From: Camelus dromedarius
Lineage: Eukaryota
Reading direction: 5' to 3'
Length of the DNA: 64,000 nucleotides
Assembly: GCF_036321535.1 (NCBI RefSeq)
Contig: NC_087447.1
Span: forward strand, 43,464,001-43,528,000
The position numbers and the translations under genes were made by a program. Positions within the stretch are counted from its first letter, which is position 1; the number at the start of each line of letters is the position of its first letter. Below are positions 13,149-26,276 of the stretch, piece by piece. The notes beneath the pieces are model-generated. The model saw only the letters and a list, made by a program, of their open reading frames with translations, did no database searches and was not told the origin of the DNA.

Positions 13149-16100
13149 TGTGGCAGATTAAAGGCACAAATTCTCTGAGACTTCTCCCGTTAAGAGGTGC
13201 AGTATAATTCCTTTCACCTTGAATCTGGACTGGCCTTATTGGTATGCTTTACGTATAGAATACAAGGAAGTTAATGATCTGAGAATGTCAGATCTCAGCG
13301 ATAAGAGGCCATGCAGCCTCTCCCTGGGTCTCCTGGAAGATTTCCTTATGGAGCTCTGAGTTGCCATATAATAAATTTGGCCACTCCCATGAAAACCATG
13401 TGGAAAAGCCCTGAGGCAATGTAGAGAGGGAGCGGGGACTAGCTAAGCCCACCCTTCAAACCCTTCCCAGTAAGGTAGCAGGCATGTGAATGAAACCATC
13501 TTGGATCCTCTACCCTAGGCCAGCCACCCAGTGAACACCACTGTGCAATCCCAGTAAAGCCATGAGGGGCAGAAGACTCACCAAGCCAAATCTTGCCTGA
13601 ATTTCTGAATCATAAGATATAATCAAATAGTCGTTACTTTAAACACTAAGATTTAGAGTAGTGTGTTAGGCAGTGTAGAACACCACATCGGAACCTGACA
13701 CGTGAAAGGGATACTTTGCCGTAACAGAAGCCAAAGGCACGTGCATCAGCTTTAGAGCTGAACCATGGATAGAATCGGAGCTTTGGGGAGACTTTTACTG
13801 ACTTCTGGAGGGTTCTTATAAGATGGTGAGGGCTTGAAGTGAAGAAAATATTTTTGAAACCTAAAGAAGACACTTGCCAGGTAGTGGTGGGATGTTTGTC
13901 AATATTGTCACCTGGGGTAAAATGGAAATATAAAAGGTGCCTCATATACTCTTGGATTCAGCTGGGAAGATTTCCAGGAAGAATGTAAAAAGTTCTACCT
14001 AGTGTCTTACAGCTGTCTGTGCTAAAGTATAAGAAGGGAGATGTGAACTACAGAAGGATTTATTTAGTTCTTTTGAAAAGTTTTAAAAATATAAAAGGGA
14101 GCCAGATCTTCCTGGGTTTGAAAATAAGGCTATTTCTCATGCCCATTATCTTCTAGAAAAATATTCTCAAGATAAAAAATGGCTCCAGATCAAAGGTCAA
14201 ATCCAGATTATAGCTGTAAGATCCTTTGTTAAGACCTAAGACCTCCATGACCCTTTCAGCTATACAGAAGTCATTCTAAGAGTCTTAATGGCATGTTTCA
14301 TAGACCCTTTCTTTCTAAAATAAGGCTTTAAAAATCTCAAGGGTATTTTCTCACAGCAGCCTCACAAAGTACAAGAGGAAGAGTTTCCTGGAAGAGGTTT
14401 ATGAATGTGGATTTTGTCTAATTGAATAAATTATGATTTGATACATAGAAAGCCCACAAAGTTGTTTTAATAGCTTTATTGACATGTAATTCATTTACCA
14501 CATAATTCTCCCTTTTAAAGTATACAATTCAATCATTTAAAAATATTCACAATATATGCAACAATCACCATGGTCAATTTTAGAACACTTTCATCACCTT
14601 ATAAAGAAGTCCTGTATTTTTTTTAAACACTTTTTATTGAGTTATTGTCATTTTACAATGTTGTGTCAAATTCCAGTGTAAAGCACAATTTTTCAGTTAT
14701 ACGTGAACATACATATATTTAATGTCACTTTTTTTTTTTTGCTGTGAGCTACCACAAGATCTTGTATATATTTCCCTGTGCTATACAGTATAATCTTGTT
14801 TATCTATTCTACATATGCCTGTCAGTATCTACAAATTTTGAACTCCCAGTCTATCCCTTCCTACTCCCCTCCCCCTTGGCAACCACAAGTTTGTATTCTG
14901 TGTCTATGAGTCTGTTTCTTTTTTGTATTCTACATATAAGCAATCTCATATGGTATTTTTCTTTCTCTTTCTGGCTTACTTCACTTAGAATGACATTCTC
15001 CAGGAACATCCATGTTGCTGCAAATGGCGTTATGTTGTCAGTTTTTATGGCTGAATAGTATTCCATTGTAGAAATATACCACAACTTCTTTATCCAGTCA
15101 TCTGTTGATGGACATTTAGGCTGTTTCCATGTCTTGGCCATTGTAAATAGTGCTGCTATGAACATTGGGGTACAGGGGTCTTTTTGAAGTAGGGTTCCTT
15201 CTGGATATATGCCCAGGAGTGGGATTACTGGGTCATATGGTAAGTGTATTCCTAGTCTTTTGAGGAATCTCCATACTCTTTTCCACAGTGGCTGCACCAC
15301 GAAATCCACCCTACATGCCAGAAGCCATAAGCAACTACCAATCTACTATTCTGTCTCTATAGATTTCTCTATTATAAATGGAATCATATAATATGTGGTC
15401 TTTTGTGACTGGCTTCTTTCACTTTGTATAGTGTTTTCAGGGTTCATCCATGTAGGATGCATCAGTACTTCATTCCTTTTAATGGCTGAAAAATGTTCCA
15501 TTGTATGGAAAGACCACATTTTATTTATCAACACTTAAGCTGATAGGCATTTGGTTGTTTTTAATAATCTGGCTATAAACATTAGTGTACAAGTTTTTGT
15601 GTAGACATGTATTGTAATTTTTCTTAGGTATATGTATCTAGGAGTAGAATTGCTGGGTCAAATGATAACTCTATGTTGAATGGTTTGAAGAACTGCCAGA
15701 CTGTTTCCCGAAATGGCACCACCATTTTACATCCTGACTAGTGGTGTATGAGGGTTCCAGTTTCTTAACATCCTCAACACTTGTTATTATCTGCTGTTTT
15801 AATTCTAGCCATCCCTGTGGGTATGAAGCGGTATCTCATTGAAGTTTTATTTGAATTTCCCTGATGACTCCCACAAAATTTTTAAAGAAATTATACCAGC
15901 TTGAATTGCAAGGGACAGTGCAGGGTGAAGAGGTCTTTGGACTCTCAAACTACAATAGGCAGGAAATAGGCCAAGAAAACTACTTAGCTATAACTGGGGC
16001 TATATTTTCCTGAAAAAGGAAGAATGAGTCCAAGGATAGAACTAAAAGCTCAGAAGGTATAGCCAAGAGCCACAGAGAGACTTATTAACAGGGAGTAGGA

Positions 16101-16441
16101 CTGGATCCTGATCAAGAAAATAGCAAACAGGTGTCTAGTGGGATTTTGGAATTTCTATGGGCCAGTGTTTTTATGTGACTCTTCTGTTCCTTCTTTATGA
16201 CAAGAATATTTACTGCAGGGTTTCTGTTCCTATATCAATAGTGTCTGATAGATGTGTAGGGGTCATATGACTTATCTCTTTAGTTTGTAGGTCTTCAAAT
16301 AAAGAGGGACTGTATTTGAGGAGTTGTGTCCAAGGAACCTCACCCTGAAACTGATTTAGATTTTATGATGATGGACTCAGTTCTGATACTGTACTGGCAT
16401 AATATTTTGAGGGGACGTGAGAGGGTATGAATGCATTTTGC
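13149..16441 (+). mobile_element. MaLR (MLT1-like) LTR plus internal sequence, interrupted by nested L1s
   Basis: LTR from tgtggcagatt to about 13695 (ttaaacactaagatttagagtagtgtgtt), then MaLR-internal-like sequence ending atgcattttgc. Confidence 0.65.
14466..15869 (-). mobile_element. Old L1M 3' end inside the MaLR internal region, itself containing a young L1 3' end (about 14617-15300)
   Basis: Degenerate TSD cccacaaa.tt.ttt at about 14453 and 15870. The inner element encodes an intact ORF2 C-terminus (ORF 14851-15309: LPYDPVIPLLGIYP...[13 protein letters not shown]). Confidence 0.85.
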
Positions 16442-17780
16442 CTAATGCACCATCATCTCAGATCTTAACTAAGGACCTCACAGTTTCCCTGCTACCATTC
16501 TCCTCTTTTATAATCAATTTGCATACAACCAGAGTGATCTTCAAAAATATATTCACATTAGATTAGCACAATTTAAAAAAACCTATAAAGGCTTCTATTC
16601 CTTTTAGAATAAAATTCAAACATTTTTCCATGGCTGATGAAGCTCCCCAAGATCTAACACTTGCCATGTATCTCTCTTCTCCTGGTTTACCATGGCCTCT
16701 TATTTCTTAAGATTACCAGCTTCTTTGCACTAGCCTTTTCTGCCTGGTAGCTTTCCCCTAACTTTCCCTATCAATGGGTCTTTCTTGTCTTTCAACTTTC
16801 TGCTCAGCTGTCACCTCCTTCAGTGGCCTTCCTTGTCACGCTCTAAGGAAACACCACCCACACCACCAGAGTTACCCTTTATAAGTCATATCAATCCAAA
16901 TGCCTCAAATTCCAACCACTTATCATGTTCTGTATTCATTTATTCTCTAAAGTCTCCCCCTCTAAAATATAAACTGTGAGAACTCTGTTCTACATATCAA
17001 CATATCTTCAGTGTTAACTCAGTTCCTAGAATACAATAAAGGCTCAACAAATACTTTTGAAATGAATGGATGATTGTCCCATCTCTACTTGTGAAATGAC
17101 TTCAAGGCTTTGATCTGATATTCCTCTTGGACTTCAAGGGCACAATGGCAGAAAATTATCAATGTTTGAGCCCCTCCCCCTTCTCCTTGAATTACTCAAA
17201 AACATGCCAAGAGTTATATGTAAATCTTGACAGATTTGGAAATTATTGTCTATCACTGGTCTTTGACTTGAATTAATTCCCAATTAGCAAAGCTCAAATG
17301 ATACCAGAGATAAAATACAGAAGACCTATGAACACTCTTACCTCTAAGATATGGGTCCCTAGTATCCAGAGGGACTTTAGAGTTCACATAACTAAGTTCC
17401 AGTAGTCACTGGACTTAGGATGCACCTGGAATTTCTATAGCACAGTTAGAAATGTTGTTTATGAAAAATTAAATATTACATTAACACCTCAAAAGAGGCT
17501 CAAAGCAAGTGATAATACTGTCTCTTAGCTCAATTATACCTGATGCCTGAAAGAGTAAAGCCATATATTTCTGAGACCAGTCCTGCTTTTAGAACCTAAC
17601 AAGATCAAATGGGAGACTGCAAAACTGAATAGGCTCATCCTGGGGCAGATTTTCATATGATATGATGATGGACTAGATAATTATTAATGACTAAGTGGAA
17701 TTCTAATAATGTGCCAGTATCTTTGGACTTTTATGATTATTTTGCTGTGGGGGGTCCATAGGCACACAGCAGAGGGTGGA

Positions 17781-18685
17781 CTGTGACATCCTTGAAATAA
17801 ATCTTTGGTCTCTGCCTACAGTTTCTGACACAGGGCTTCTAAAACCTTCATAATTTCCAGAGTGATAGGGGCATTAGGAGCACCTTTTATTCTTATATTT
17901 CATCTTGACCGTGGTTTCTGACTCAGGACACCTAAGTCCCTTAGAATTTTGTGGGTGATAGGAGCATCTTTTGTTCTAATGGAATGACTCTTGGTGGGAT
18001 CCAGGATAGCTTCAAGATAGAGCTGGTCACCAAAAAGAACAACCATTAGAAACTTAGAACTTTCTGCCCATCTTCTTCACTGAGGGGAGGAGAGAAGGGC
18101 TGGAGATTAATTTAATATGGATCAAGTAGCCCAAATAAAAAACTTAAACTATTGAATGGAGAGCTTCCAAGTTGGTAAAACACATTCTCCTGCCAATAAA
18201 ATGCTGCTCTAAAACTTCATAGTAATAGAATCTCCTGCCATGGGGACCCTTCCAGACCTGGTGCTATGTATCTCTGCATCTGGCTATTAATTTGTATCCT
18301 GTGTAATGTCTTTTATAATAAAGATGTAAATGTAAGTAAATGTTTCCATAAGTTCTGTGAACCATTCATTCCAGCAAATTATCAAGCTGAGAGATAATTG
18401 TGGAACCTGACTTTGTGGTTAAGTTGGACAGAATTGTGGGTACCCTGAAGACCCATTGCTTGCAACTGGTGTCTGATGTGAGTGCTTTTGTGGGACTGAT
18501 TCCTTTAATCTATGATGTTTGACACTACCTCCTGGTAGTTTGTGTCACAGTTGCAGTAAGAATAGGGCATCAAGTTGATGTCTGAATATTTAGAATATAT
18601 TGGTTTCCCAGTTGGTTGGTATGGGGGCAAAAACAACATAAATTTTTGTTAGAAGTGTTGTAAGTAGAGAAACAGTTTTCTTATA
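17781..18685 (+). mobile_element. MER21-like LTR; paralogous copy at about 33980-34785
   Basis: Starts tgtgac...atctttggtctctg, with gataggagcatcttttgttctaat and tgcaactggtgtctga motifs. Confidence 0.6.
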
Positions 18686-19539
18686 CCCATTACTTAGTCA
18701 TTTCATGTGCTTAAATTTATCTTTGTTGTCTTTCAGTCTTTGTTATATATTTCCTACTTAAAATTTGCAATAATATTGTAGGTAGTCTACATTTTTACTT
18801 AGCTGTAATTACAAATACTTTTCATTTTATTTTTAAATTATGTTTTCCATGCCTCACTTCTCTCAATGCATTATGCTGAGACAAGGACTTTCTGATCTAA
18901 GTCTTGCTTTCAGATGCTCTAAAGAGTTGCAACAGTATTTGCTTCTGTTGGGAGTTCCTATACTCCAGAAAAATCTCTCCTCACCATTTCCATTATCATG
19001 ATGATGATGTAAATGAGGGTAGATTATAACCCAAGAAATGCATTTAGTACAGTCTTTGACAACATTTCTAGTTTTTTTTTAATGGGTTCTAATTTCTTTG
19101 TAAAGCGAGATTATGGAACTATGATTGCTGTTAACATGTTAATTGCAATGTTTAGAATTAAGATAACCCTTTTCAATTTCTACATATAAGGAAGACTGCA
19201 GTATTCCAAATGGGAGTATTTGTTTTTAACATGTGTTTAAATATGTATAGACTTTCAGTCGAATCATGTGATTGTGGTGTCCAGACCTGAGTCCCTATGA
19301 TGGGAAACAACCCAGTTTTCCCATTCTCATCCTTGTTTTGCAGTCTTCACAGCCTAGACCTTCTTGAGAATAGAGTTTGTTCAAAAGACTCATACAAAGA
19401 AACAGCTGAGGCTTCTTACCCTGCTCGGATCCTCCAGATCAGTGATAGCGCTTTAGTCACTGGACTGATTGTGGCATTTTAGATCAAGTGCCAGAAATCA
19501 GAGGACTTCATTCCATTCAAACAGAAGACTTGAGTCCAC

Positions 19540-19880
19540 ATCTCTCAAGACAAACTGTTGGCTCTCTCTAGGACCCAGTATTCTCATCTGTAAACTGAGG
19601 TAAATTTATAATACCAGCATCATAGGATTGCTGTGAAAATTAAATGGAGAAGTTACAGTGGTATTGGACCCAGACTTCCTGAATTCAAACACTGGTCCAC
19701 AACTTCCTAGCATGATTTTGGGCAATGTACTTAATGTCTCTGTGACCCAGATGATTTATTTGTGAAGTAGAAATAATAGCCTTTCTTGATTGGATTTTTG
19801 TAAGAGATAAACCAGTTAATAAACTAATGTGCTTAGAATAGGGCCTGGCGCATAATATGTACAAATTATTGCTTACTAAA
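19540..19880 (+). mobile_element. Two tandem MIR SINE remnants; paralogues at about 35650-36010
   Basis: MIR core-like ttctcatctgtaaactgagg...cataggattgctgtgaaaattaaatg and gtgcttagaatagggcctggc. Confidence 0.6.
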
Positions 19881-20095
19881 TAAATTAAAAAGTCCTAACA
19901 CCTACAGATATTAATACATAATAGTGAAAATTACTACTATCATTATTGCTGATTTCATGGTGTCTCCTAAAGTTTACAAATGTATAAAAGTGAGAGAAGT
20001 ATGGTTTTAATTTGATCAATCAGTCAAGCAACATTTGGTAGGTCCTAAGTGTGATACTGCTAAACAAACACTTCATAGGTCACCTGAAATGGATC

Positions 20096-21028
20096 CTAAG
20101 AATATATTCTGCCAGTTGCCTTTCTCAGGGCTTCCTTTACCTCTCTGTTCCTCAGACTGTAGATGAGGGGGTTCAACATGGGGATCACCACTGTATAGAA
20201 GATGGACACCACTCTGTTCTGGTCAGTTGAGTAGCTGGACTTGGGCATCACGTAAATGAAGGTGATAGTTCCATAGTAGAGAGTAACGGCGGTGAGGTGA
20301 GAGGTGCAGGTGGAGAAGGCCTTGTGTCGCCCTTCAGTGGAGCGCATCTTCAGGACGGTGATGAGGATGCAGGTGTAGGAGAGAGCTATGACAAACACTG
20401 TGACCACGATGATGGATCCTGAAGAGATGGAAGGGATAATTTCAACAGTGGAGGTATCTGAGCAGGAAAGTTTCAACAAAGGGGAGAAATCACAGAAAAA
20501 GTCGTCTATCTGATTTGGCCCACAGAAAGACAGACTCAGTAAACAACTAGTAAATGTCCAAGCATTCACACCCCCACCCAGATAGGAAGCCCCCACCAAG
20601 AGGACACAGACTCTGGGGGACATGTGGGTGGAGTAGAGCAGGGGCAAGCAGATGGCCACATAGCGGTCATAGGCCATGGCAGCCAGCAGGAAGCACTCGG
20701 CTGTCCCAAACATGACCACGGAACAGAGCTGGGCTTCACAGCCAGTGACAGGGATGGCCAGTCCATGTGTAAGGAGTCCTGTAAGCATCATAGGTGTGAC
20801 TGATGTGGAGCACCCACTGTCCACAAAAGCCAAATGGCTGAGGAAGAGGTACATTGGGGTGTGAAGCTGGGAACAGCTTCTTGTTAAGGTGATTATGCTG
20901 ATATTGCCTATTAAGGTGACAATGTAGATTCCTAGAAATATCACAAAGAAGATGACACGAAGTGTAGGATCCCCTGTTAATCCCCAAAGGGTGAACTCTG
21001 TGACACCGGTGTGGTTTCCAACCTCCAT
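20096..21028 (-). CDS. Olfactory receptor, family 5 subfamily P (OR5P3-like), intact, copy 1, 310 aa
   Basis: Motifs [60 protein letters not shown]. Resembles human OR5P3 as recalled; exact ortholog uncertain. Confidence 0.95.
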   Translation of the reverse strand: MEVGNHTGVTEFTLWGLTGDPTLRVIFFVIFLGIYIVTLIGNISIITLTRSCSQLHTPMYLFLSHLAFVDSGCSTSVTPMMLTGLLTHGLAIPVTGCEAQLCSVVMFGTAECFLLAAMAYDRYVAICLPLLYSTHMSPRVCVLLVGASYLGGGVNAWTFTSCLLSLSFCGPNQIDDFFCDFSPLLKLSCSDTSTVEIIPSISSGSIIVVTVFVIALSYTCILITVLKMRSTEGRHKAFSTCTSHLTAVTLYYGTITFIYVMPKSSYSTDQNRVVSIFYTVVIPMLNPLIYSLRNREVKEALRKATGRIYS

Positions 21029-21046
21029 CTCTTCTGGAAACTATTC

Positions 21047-21065
21047 CTGTTGAGGGAAATGTGAA
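21047..21065 (-). promoter_or_regulatory. Putative splice acceptor of OR5P coding exon (copy 2: 37197-37215)
   Basis: Revcomp cacatttccctcaacag|gaatag, 18 nt upstream of the ATG. Confidence 0.55.
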
Positions 21066-24000
21066 TATTCATTTTTGTGTGTTTTCAGAATATGTATTCC
21101 CAGATTTCTTTGGTTATTCCTCAGACTCATTACTTCCTCTGCCTAGCCTATAAATATGATGCTGTAGAAGACTTTTTTTTTTTTTGCTTCTTTCAGCTTT
21201 TCATAAAAAAAGAATAATTCAACCTCAGTCTGTGGGATCTCAACTACATTCTTTTATTTTTCTGATATTTATTTTAAAACACCATTCCCACCTTGACTCC
21301 TAGACAGATCTCTCTCCCAAGGTCCAGATCTATAGTTTCAGTTATCTCTTGGAAGACTCCAGTTACAAATCCCATAATTACCTCAGACCCAGACTTCTTA
21401 TACTAAATTCATCCTTTCTTTGGCCCACTCTTCTTATGTTCTGTATCATTGGAATGACACCACAATCCACCCAATCTTTCATGTCTGAAACATGGGAGTG
21501 ATTCTAGCCTTCTCCCCATCATTGTTAGCACATCTAATAAAATCCTGCTGATTCTGTCTACAATTTACATCTCAATTTTTTATTCACCTCCTCACTTACA
21601 TTGCTAGTGTCCCTACTTAGTTGAGGCCCTGGTCACTTTTCCTCTTTATTTATCTGTTTACCTCCCTGCCTTCATTCTTGTGCTCTTATAATTCACAGTG
21701 CATCCAGCAAAATGATCTCTTGCTAACGTGACGGCGATGCCAAAGGGATTCTTTAAATTCTTGTGACTTCTCCAGCCTCCACAATGAACCTAACCTCTTT
21801 AGCACATTACAGTGCACACTTTCTGATGTATCCCCTGCTATGACTCTGCTTGTTTCTCAGAATATTTCCACCCATCACTTTCACTGATCCAATCTTCCTG
21901 AACTATTTAGAGTCCTCTCAATGCACTCTACTCTTCCTGGTCTTTGGTCATTTTTCTCCTACTTGCTTGGCCCTCATCCTCTCATTACTCTGGGTGATTT
22001 CTACTCATCCTTCAAATTCATGTCTCTCCAAAGTCTTCTCTGACATAAGGGTTAATCAGATAACTTTCCTTTGTGTTGACATCATGCTTTGAAGATGTCT
22101 AAATTGCCATTGTTTATAATGGGTACAGTTTTGTTGTTGTTTGCTTATTTACATTTCACTCTCCCCAATTAATACATATTCTTCTCAATAACTGTGTGTT
22201 TTGGCCCTCTATCAAAAATAATTAGTGCTTGGGAATAAAATGTACTGAAAGAAAACTAGTTAAATGAATGAATGTATGATTAGTGTAATGAATATGCTGT
22301 GGAGAACCAGAGATGAATATAATTTAGATTCTCTGCCCAGAGAAACCAAGCTTTGTAGAGAAGTCTTGAAGGTATTATTAGTGTGTGAAAATTCTGTAAT
22401 AATTGTGTAAGGAAAGTAATGGCATACGTTGTTTCTAAATAAAAATTATATAATCATGTAGATGAAGAACTCTTGAAAATTCAAAAGAAATATTCCTCTC
22501 ACATCTGGCTACTGTCACACAAGTCAACTATTATACATTTGGTAATTTATTTTCATAAATTTTTCCTTTGTATATATTTTAAAAAACTTTTATAACATTG
22601 TAGATAAAAATTTAACACTCCTATTTTTACTCAACATTTCCATATAAGAATTTTATCATATTTTAATTCCATACAAACATGATTTTTGAGATCTGCATGA
22701 TAATGCATTAAGTGGTTGGACCTTAATTTAATCATCCACTGAATTTGGGCATGTCACTATTCACACAACCTTTTACTATCAGAACTAGTAACCCTACGAA
22801 TTGTATAAAGCATCAGGAGGATAACATTACAAAATATGACAGATTTTTAAAATAATCCTCTTCCTTGGTATTTTCATTACAGCATAATTCAAAAGAATTA
22901 TATTTGCGCTCTAAGATAAGTGTATCACCATGATTTACAATAATGAAAATATTAAAGCAATGTGCTCAGTGTTCAATGCAGCTCTTTGCTGCATTTTCAT
23001 TAAAGAGCTTAGTACCTTCTCCATGTTTGCCATTTTGTTGCAACAAAGTTCCCGTGTTTTGAGGTGGTTTTGGGAAAGCATGATTAATGATAAATAATAA
23101 GAGAAGTCCCAGAAATTACTGCACTCCAATGCAGTAGTTCCAGTGCACACCAAGGATTCAGTGGAATTTTCAAGAAAATTGTATTTATGAGAATGAGGAA
23201 ATAAAAGCATGAAAATATTTTTTAAATGTTTCTTTCAAATATTATAAAATGAAAAAAATTTAAATTGAGATTTTAGTGACCTGAAAATTTCACTTATTCA
23301 TCTTTTATTTTCATTCACCTCAGCTACGTATCAATCCCTGCAGGTAAATTCTACAGTTTTTCAAATCCTTTTTACATGCAGGTCCTTTACATTTTTATCT
23401 ATAATTAAAAACAAAAGAAAACTCACCTACAAATCTACTTTAACAATCCTTACAATTGATTTTGATTTATTTTAATTTTGTGGCATAGGGTAAATGGTAT
23501 TTACATATTTATAATCATAGTATCTATTACATTTGGTAATTTACATTTTCACTTCTATCAATAAAATATTTCCCAATCCTGAATAATCTCATAGCTGAAA
23601 TTCTGGGTGGAGTATACATCTAACTCCTTAGTATGGTTTTCATGGACCTTCATAATCTATCCTTAATTACTTTTCAAAACACGGCTTCCTGTATATGCTT
23701 CCTTGCAACTAGTGCTTTTAAGTGTCTGTCATGTTAACATGACACTAAGATTTTTCTACTCAGTGTTATTGGCTCTAATTTTCATAGAAAGACAATTCTC
23801 TGCTAAAACACCATTTCAACTCTTAAGGTTTGAAACACTTACCATAAATGATAAATATCAATACAAATATCTTCAAAATGTCTTAATTTCTTTAAAGTTT
23901 CTTACTTTAGAATTAGAAAGAATTTTGTGTTTTCAGTAGTGGGACTTAGTTCTTTGACAGGACGAATTGTGAGGTATAATGAACCAGTAGATGAGAACCT

Positions 24001-25297
24001 ACAGCTCGTTAAATAATGTGTTCTGATTGATCTTCATTAAGTGCAGTCAGATTTTTCTAGCGACAGGCAAGCTTACTGCCATGGATGTTAGCTCTCTCAT
24101 GAAAAATCTATTTTTAGTCTTATCACTTGATCCTCTGTCTGTTCAATGGCACAAACCATCTCCTTTCATATCAAAGCTCTGAAATATCTGAATACACCTA
24201 GCACGCCTCCACTGCTTTTCCTTCTCCAAAATTAAGCTTCCATAGTTCCCTTGCCCACTTGTGGCATACTTTTTAGATCCCTCAGAGTCCTCAGCCTCTG
24301 AAGATGCTCTGGTCTGAGGAACGAGGTCAAGCACTGAGCAGCATTTGTGCTCTATACCTTCTGACTCAAGCAGAGCTCAATGGGGCCAACCCTACCTTCA
24401 CTGTGCTCACCGTGTGAGCTTCAGTCTGTGCTGACGGCAGTGATGGAGACTGGAGACAGAAAACTCAGAGCTTGGGCCTCCCCCTGGCTGTTTTAACTTG
24501 CACATGACGCTTAATCCCTCTGACTCCCAGTTTTTTCATTTGTAAAAGGGAATAATTTTCCCTATAATGCAGCTTTGTTGTGAGATTAAAAATGGTATCT
24601 GTAAAGTACTCGGAGGTGTTCGGTCACACATCAAACCTAAGTAACTATTTTCATTAAGTAAAAGTGAAGTGTTGATAGATTTTCAACTATTTACTGTTTT
24701 TATGAGAAGTATAATTTAATTTTTCTTTCAACACATGTCAGGAGATGTTTCAAAAATCTAAAAGAAGTCAGGAAGTACAGCATCTGATGCTTTCCCTGTT
24801 TGGGACTATGTCATTCATATCATATGCGTAATATGACAACTGATTCTTCCCTTATGCATCCTCTCCATTGGCGGCCCAGGGTTCTTTCTAGAGCTCTTCA
24901 TTTTGGCATCCCATTCATGCTTCCCCACCTTAGAGATTCTGACTCGACTATTCTTTCTCTCAAAGGATGGGTCACATTTGATGATGATTAGAGGAAAGAG
25001 GCTGAGAGCCTCATCCAACCTGAATATCAGGTCATTTCTTTCTGGTGTCCTTTCTATAGTTTCTGTTCATTAGCTCAGCGGTTGCTGTGGCCACTGCGGA
25101 TCATCCACACTTCTCTGGGGTCTCCTAGGCAGCCTGGTTCTGGTGCCTGGAATGACCATTCTGCAGTGCAGATCTTGCTGAGGCCACATTTTCCACAAGG
25201 GTCAAGAACTAAAGTTGGTGACAGAATTTCTTTAATCTTTAATTTCTCATTGAGCCAATAAAAATTTAAATTACTTAAGCAAAATAAATCAATAGTG

Positions 25298-25541
25298 CAC
25301 TCACCTTTCAGAGGGAGAATTGCTTATACTGATTTTGAAGAGGACTTAATAAAGCACATGTTTTCCACTTATATTTACAAGTAGTTGTGCACTGAAGGCT
25401 CGACAGTGTAAATCGCTGAATGTTCCCCCCCTTTAAGGAACATGGTTATGTATATTCTGTGAGGATGAGGGTGAGTGTCTTTGTGTGTGTGGTGGGAGGG
25501 AAAGGAAGGCTCTAACAGAATGTGACAGATTCCCTAGGGCT
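25298..25541 (-). promoter_or_regulatory. Candidate 5' non-coding exon and promoter of OR5P copy 1 (copy 2: about 39525-39766)
   Basis: Donor AAG|GTGAGT at 25304 corresponds to AAG|GTAAGT at 39531. O/E (EBF)-like ttccctaggg at 25530-25539 corresponds to tcccctagga in copy 2. Confidence 0.45.
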
Positions 25542-26171
25542 GTGATTGCTCACCCCTCTGAGGAACACACTGTTACTCAAAGTGCAGTCCATTGACTGGT
25601 GCCAATCAGTAACTTGTTTATTATCAGTCCGTGATACAAGAAGGACAGAAGTTGAAGGGAACCATTTATAGACTTTTATAGCAATTTGGGAAAGTAATTA
25701 ATGCATTTGTCTTCAGTAATTAAAAAATTAGGTTTATACTTTTGTATTTGCATCTTTCTTATTTAATTTTTTCACTAGTCCTAGTTTTATTATCTTTCTG
25801 AAAAGTATTGATCCATTGGAGGCTTGGGGAAAAGTGATCCTTCATTTAAATAGTCTGAGAAACACTAGGTGTAGGTTTTGTATCCAGCAGAGTTGGGCTC
25901 AGTTTGAGGTGCATGAACTCAGGAAAATTGTTTAACCTCTTTGAGACTCAATTTCATGATCTGTAAAATGGGGTTAATAATTCCTATCTCATAGGCAGGT
26001 TACGAGATTTAAATGGCAAAGCATATAATTATCTTGAAAAGTTAACTGAAGTTGTTGATGTGTCTCAAACATGTGACAAATAGAACAAAGTGCCTCAATG
26101 TGTTGATTCTGACAGGTCACATTCACCAGAGTTGGGAGGAGCCCTACTACCTTTTGCAAGTTATTCTGTTT

Positions 26172-26276
26172 CGTCCTTAATCCCAAATACTTCCTCCCTT
26201 GAGATTCATGACATTCCAACCACGTCCTTAATCCCAAATACTTCCTCCCTTGAGATTCATGACATTTCCAACCACG
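26172..26276. repeat. Two-copy 51-bp tandem duplication
   Basis: cgtccttaatcccaaatacttcctcccttgagattcatgacatt(t)ccaacca starts at 26172 and 26223; copies differ by one T. Confidence 0.95.

Noticed and set aside
26172..26276. Direct repeats as a CRISPR-like array
   Set aside because: Two abutting copies, no spacers, mammalian context.
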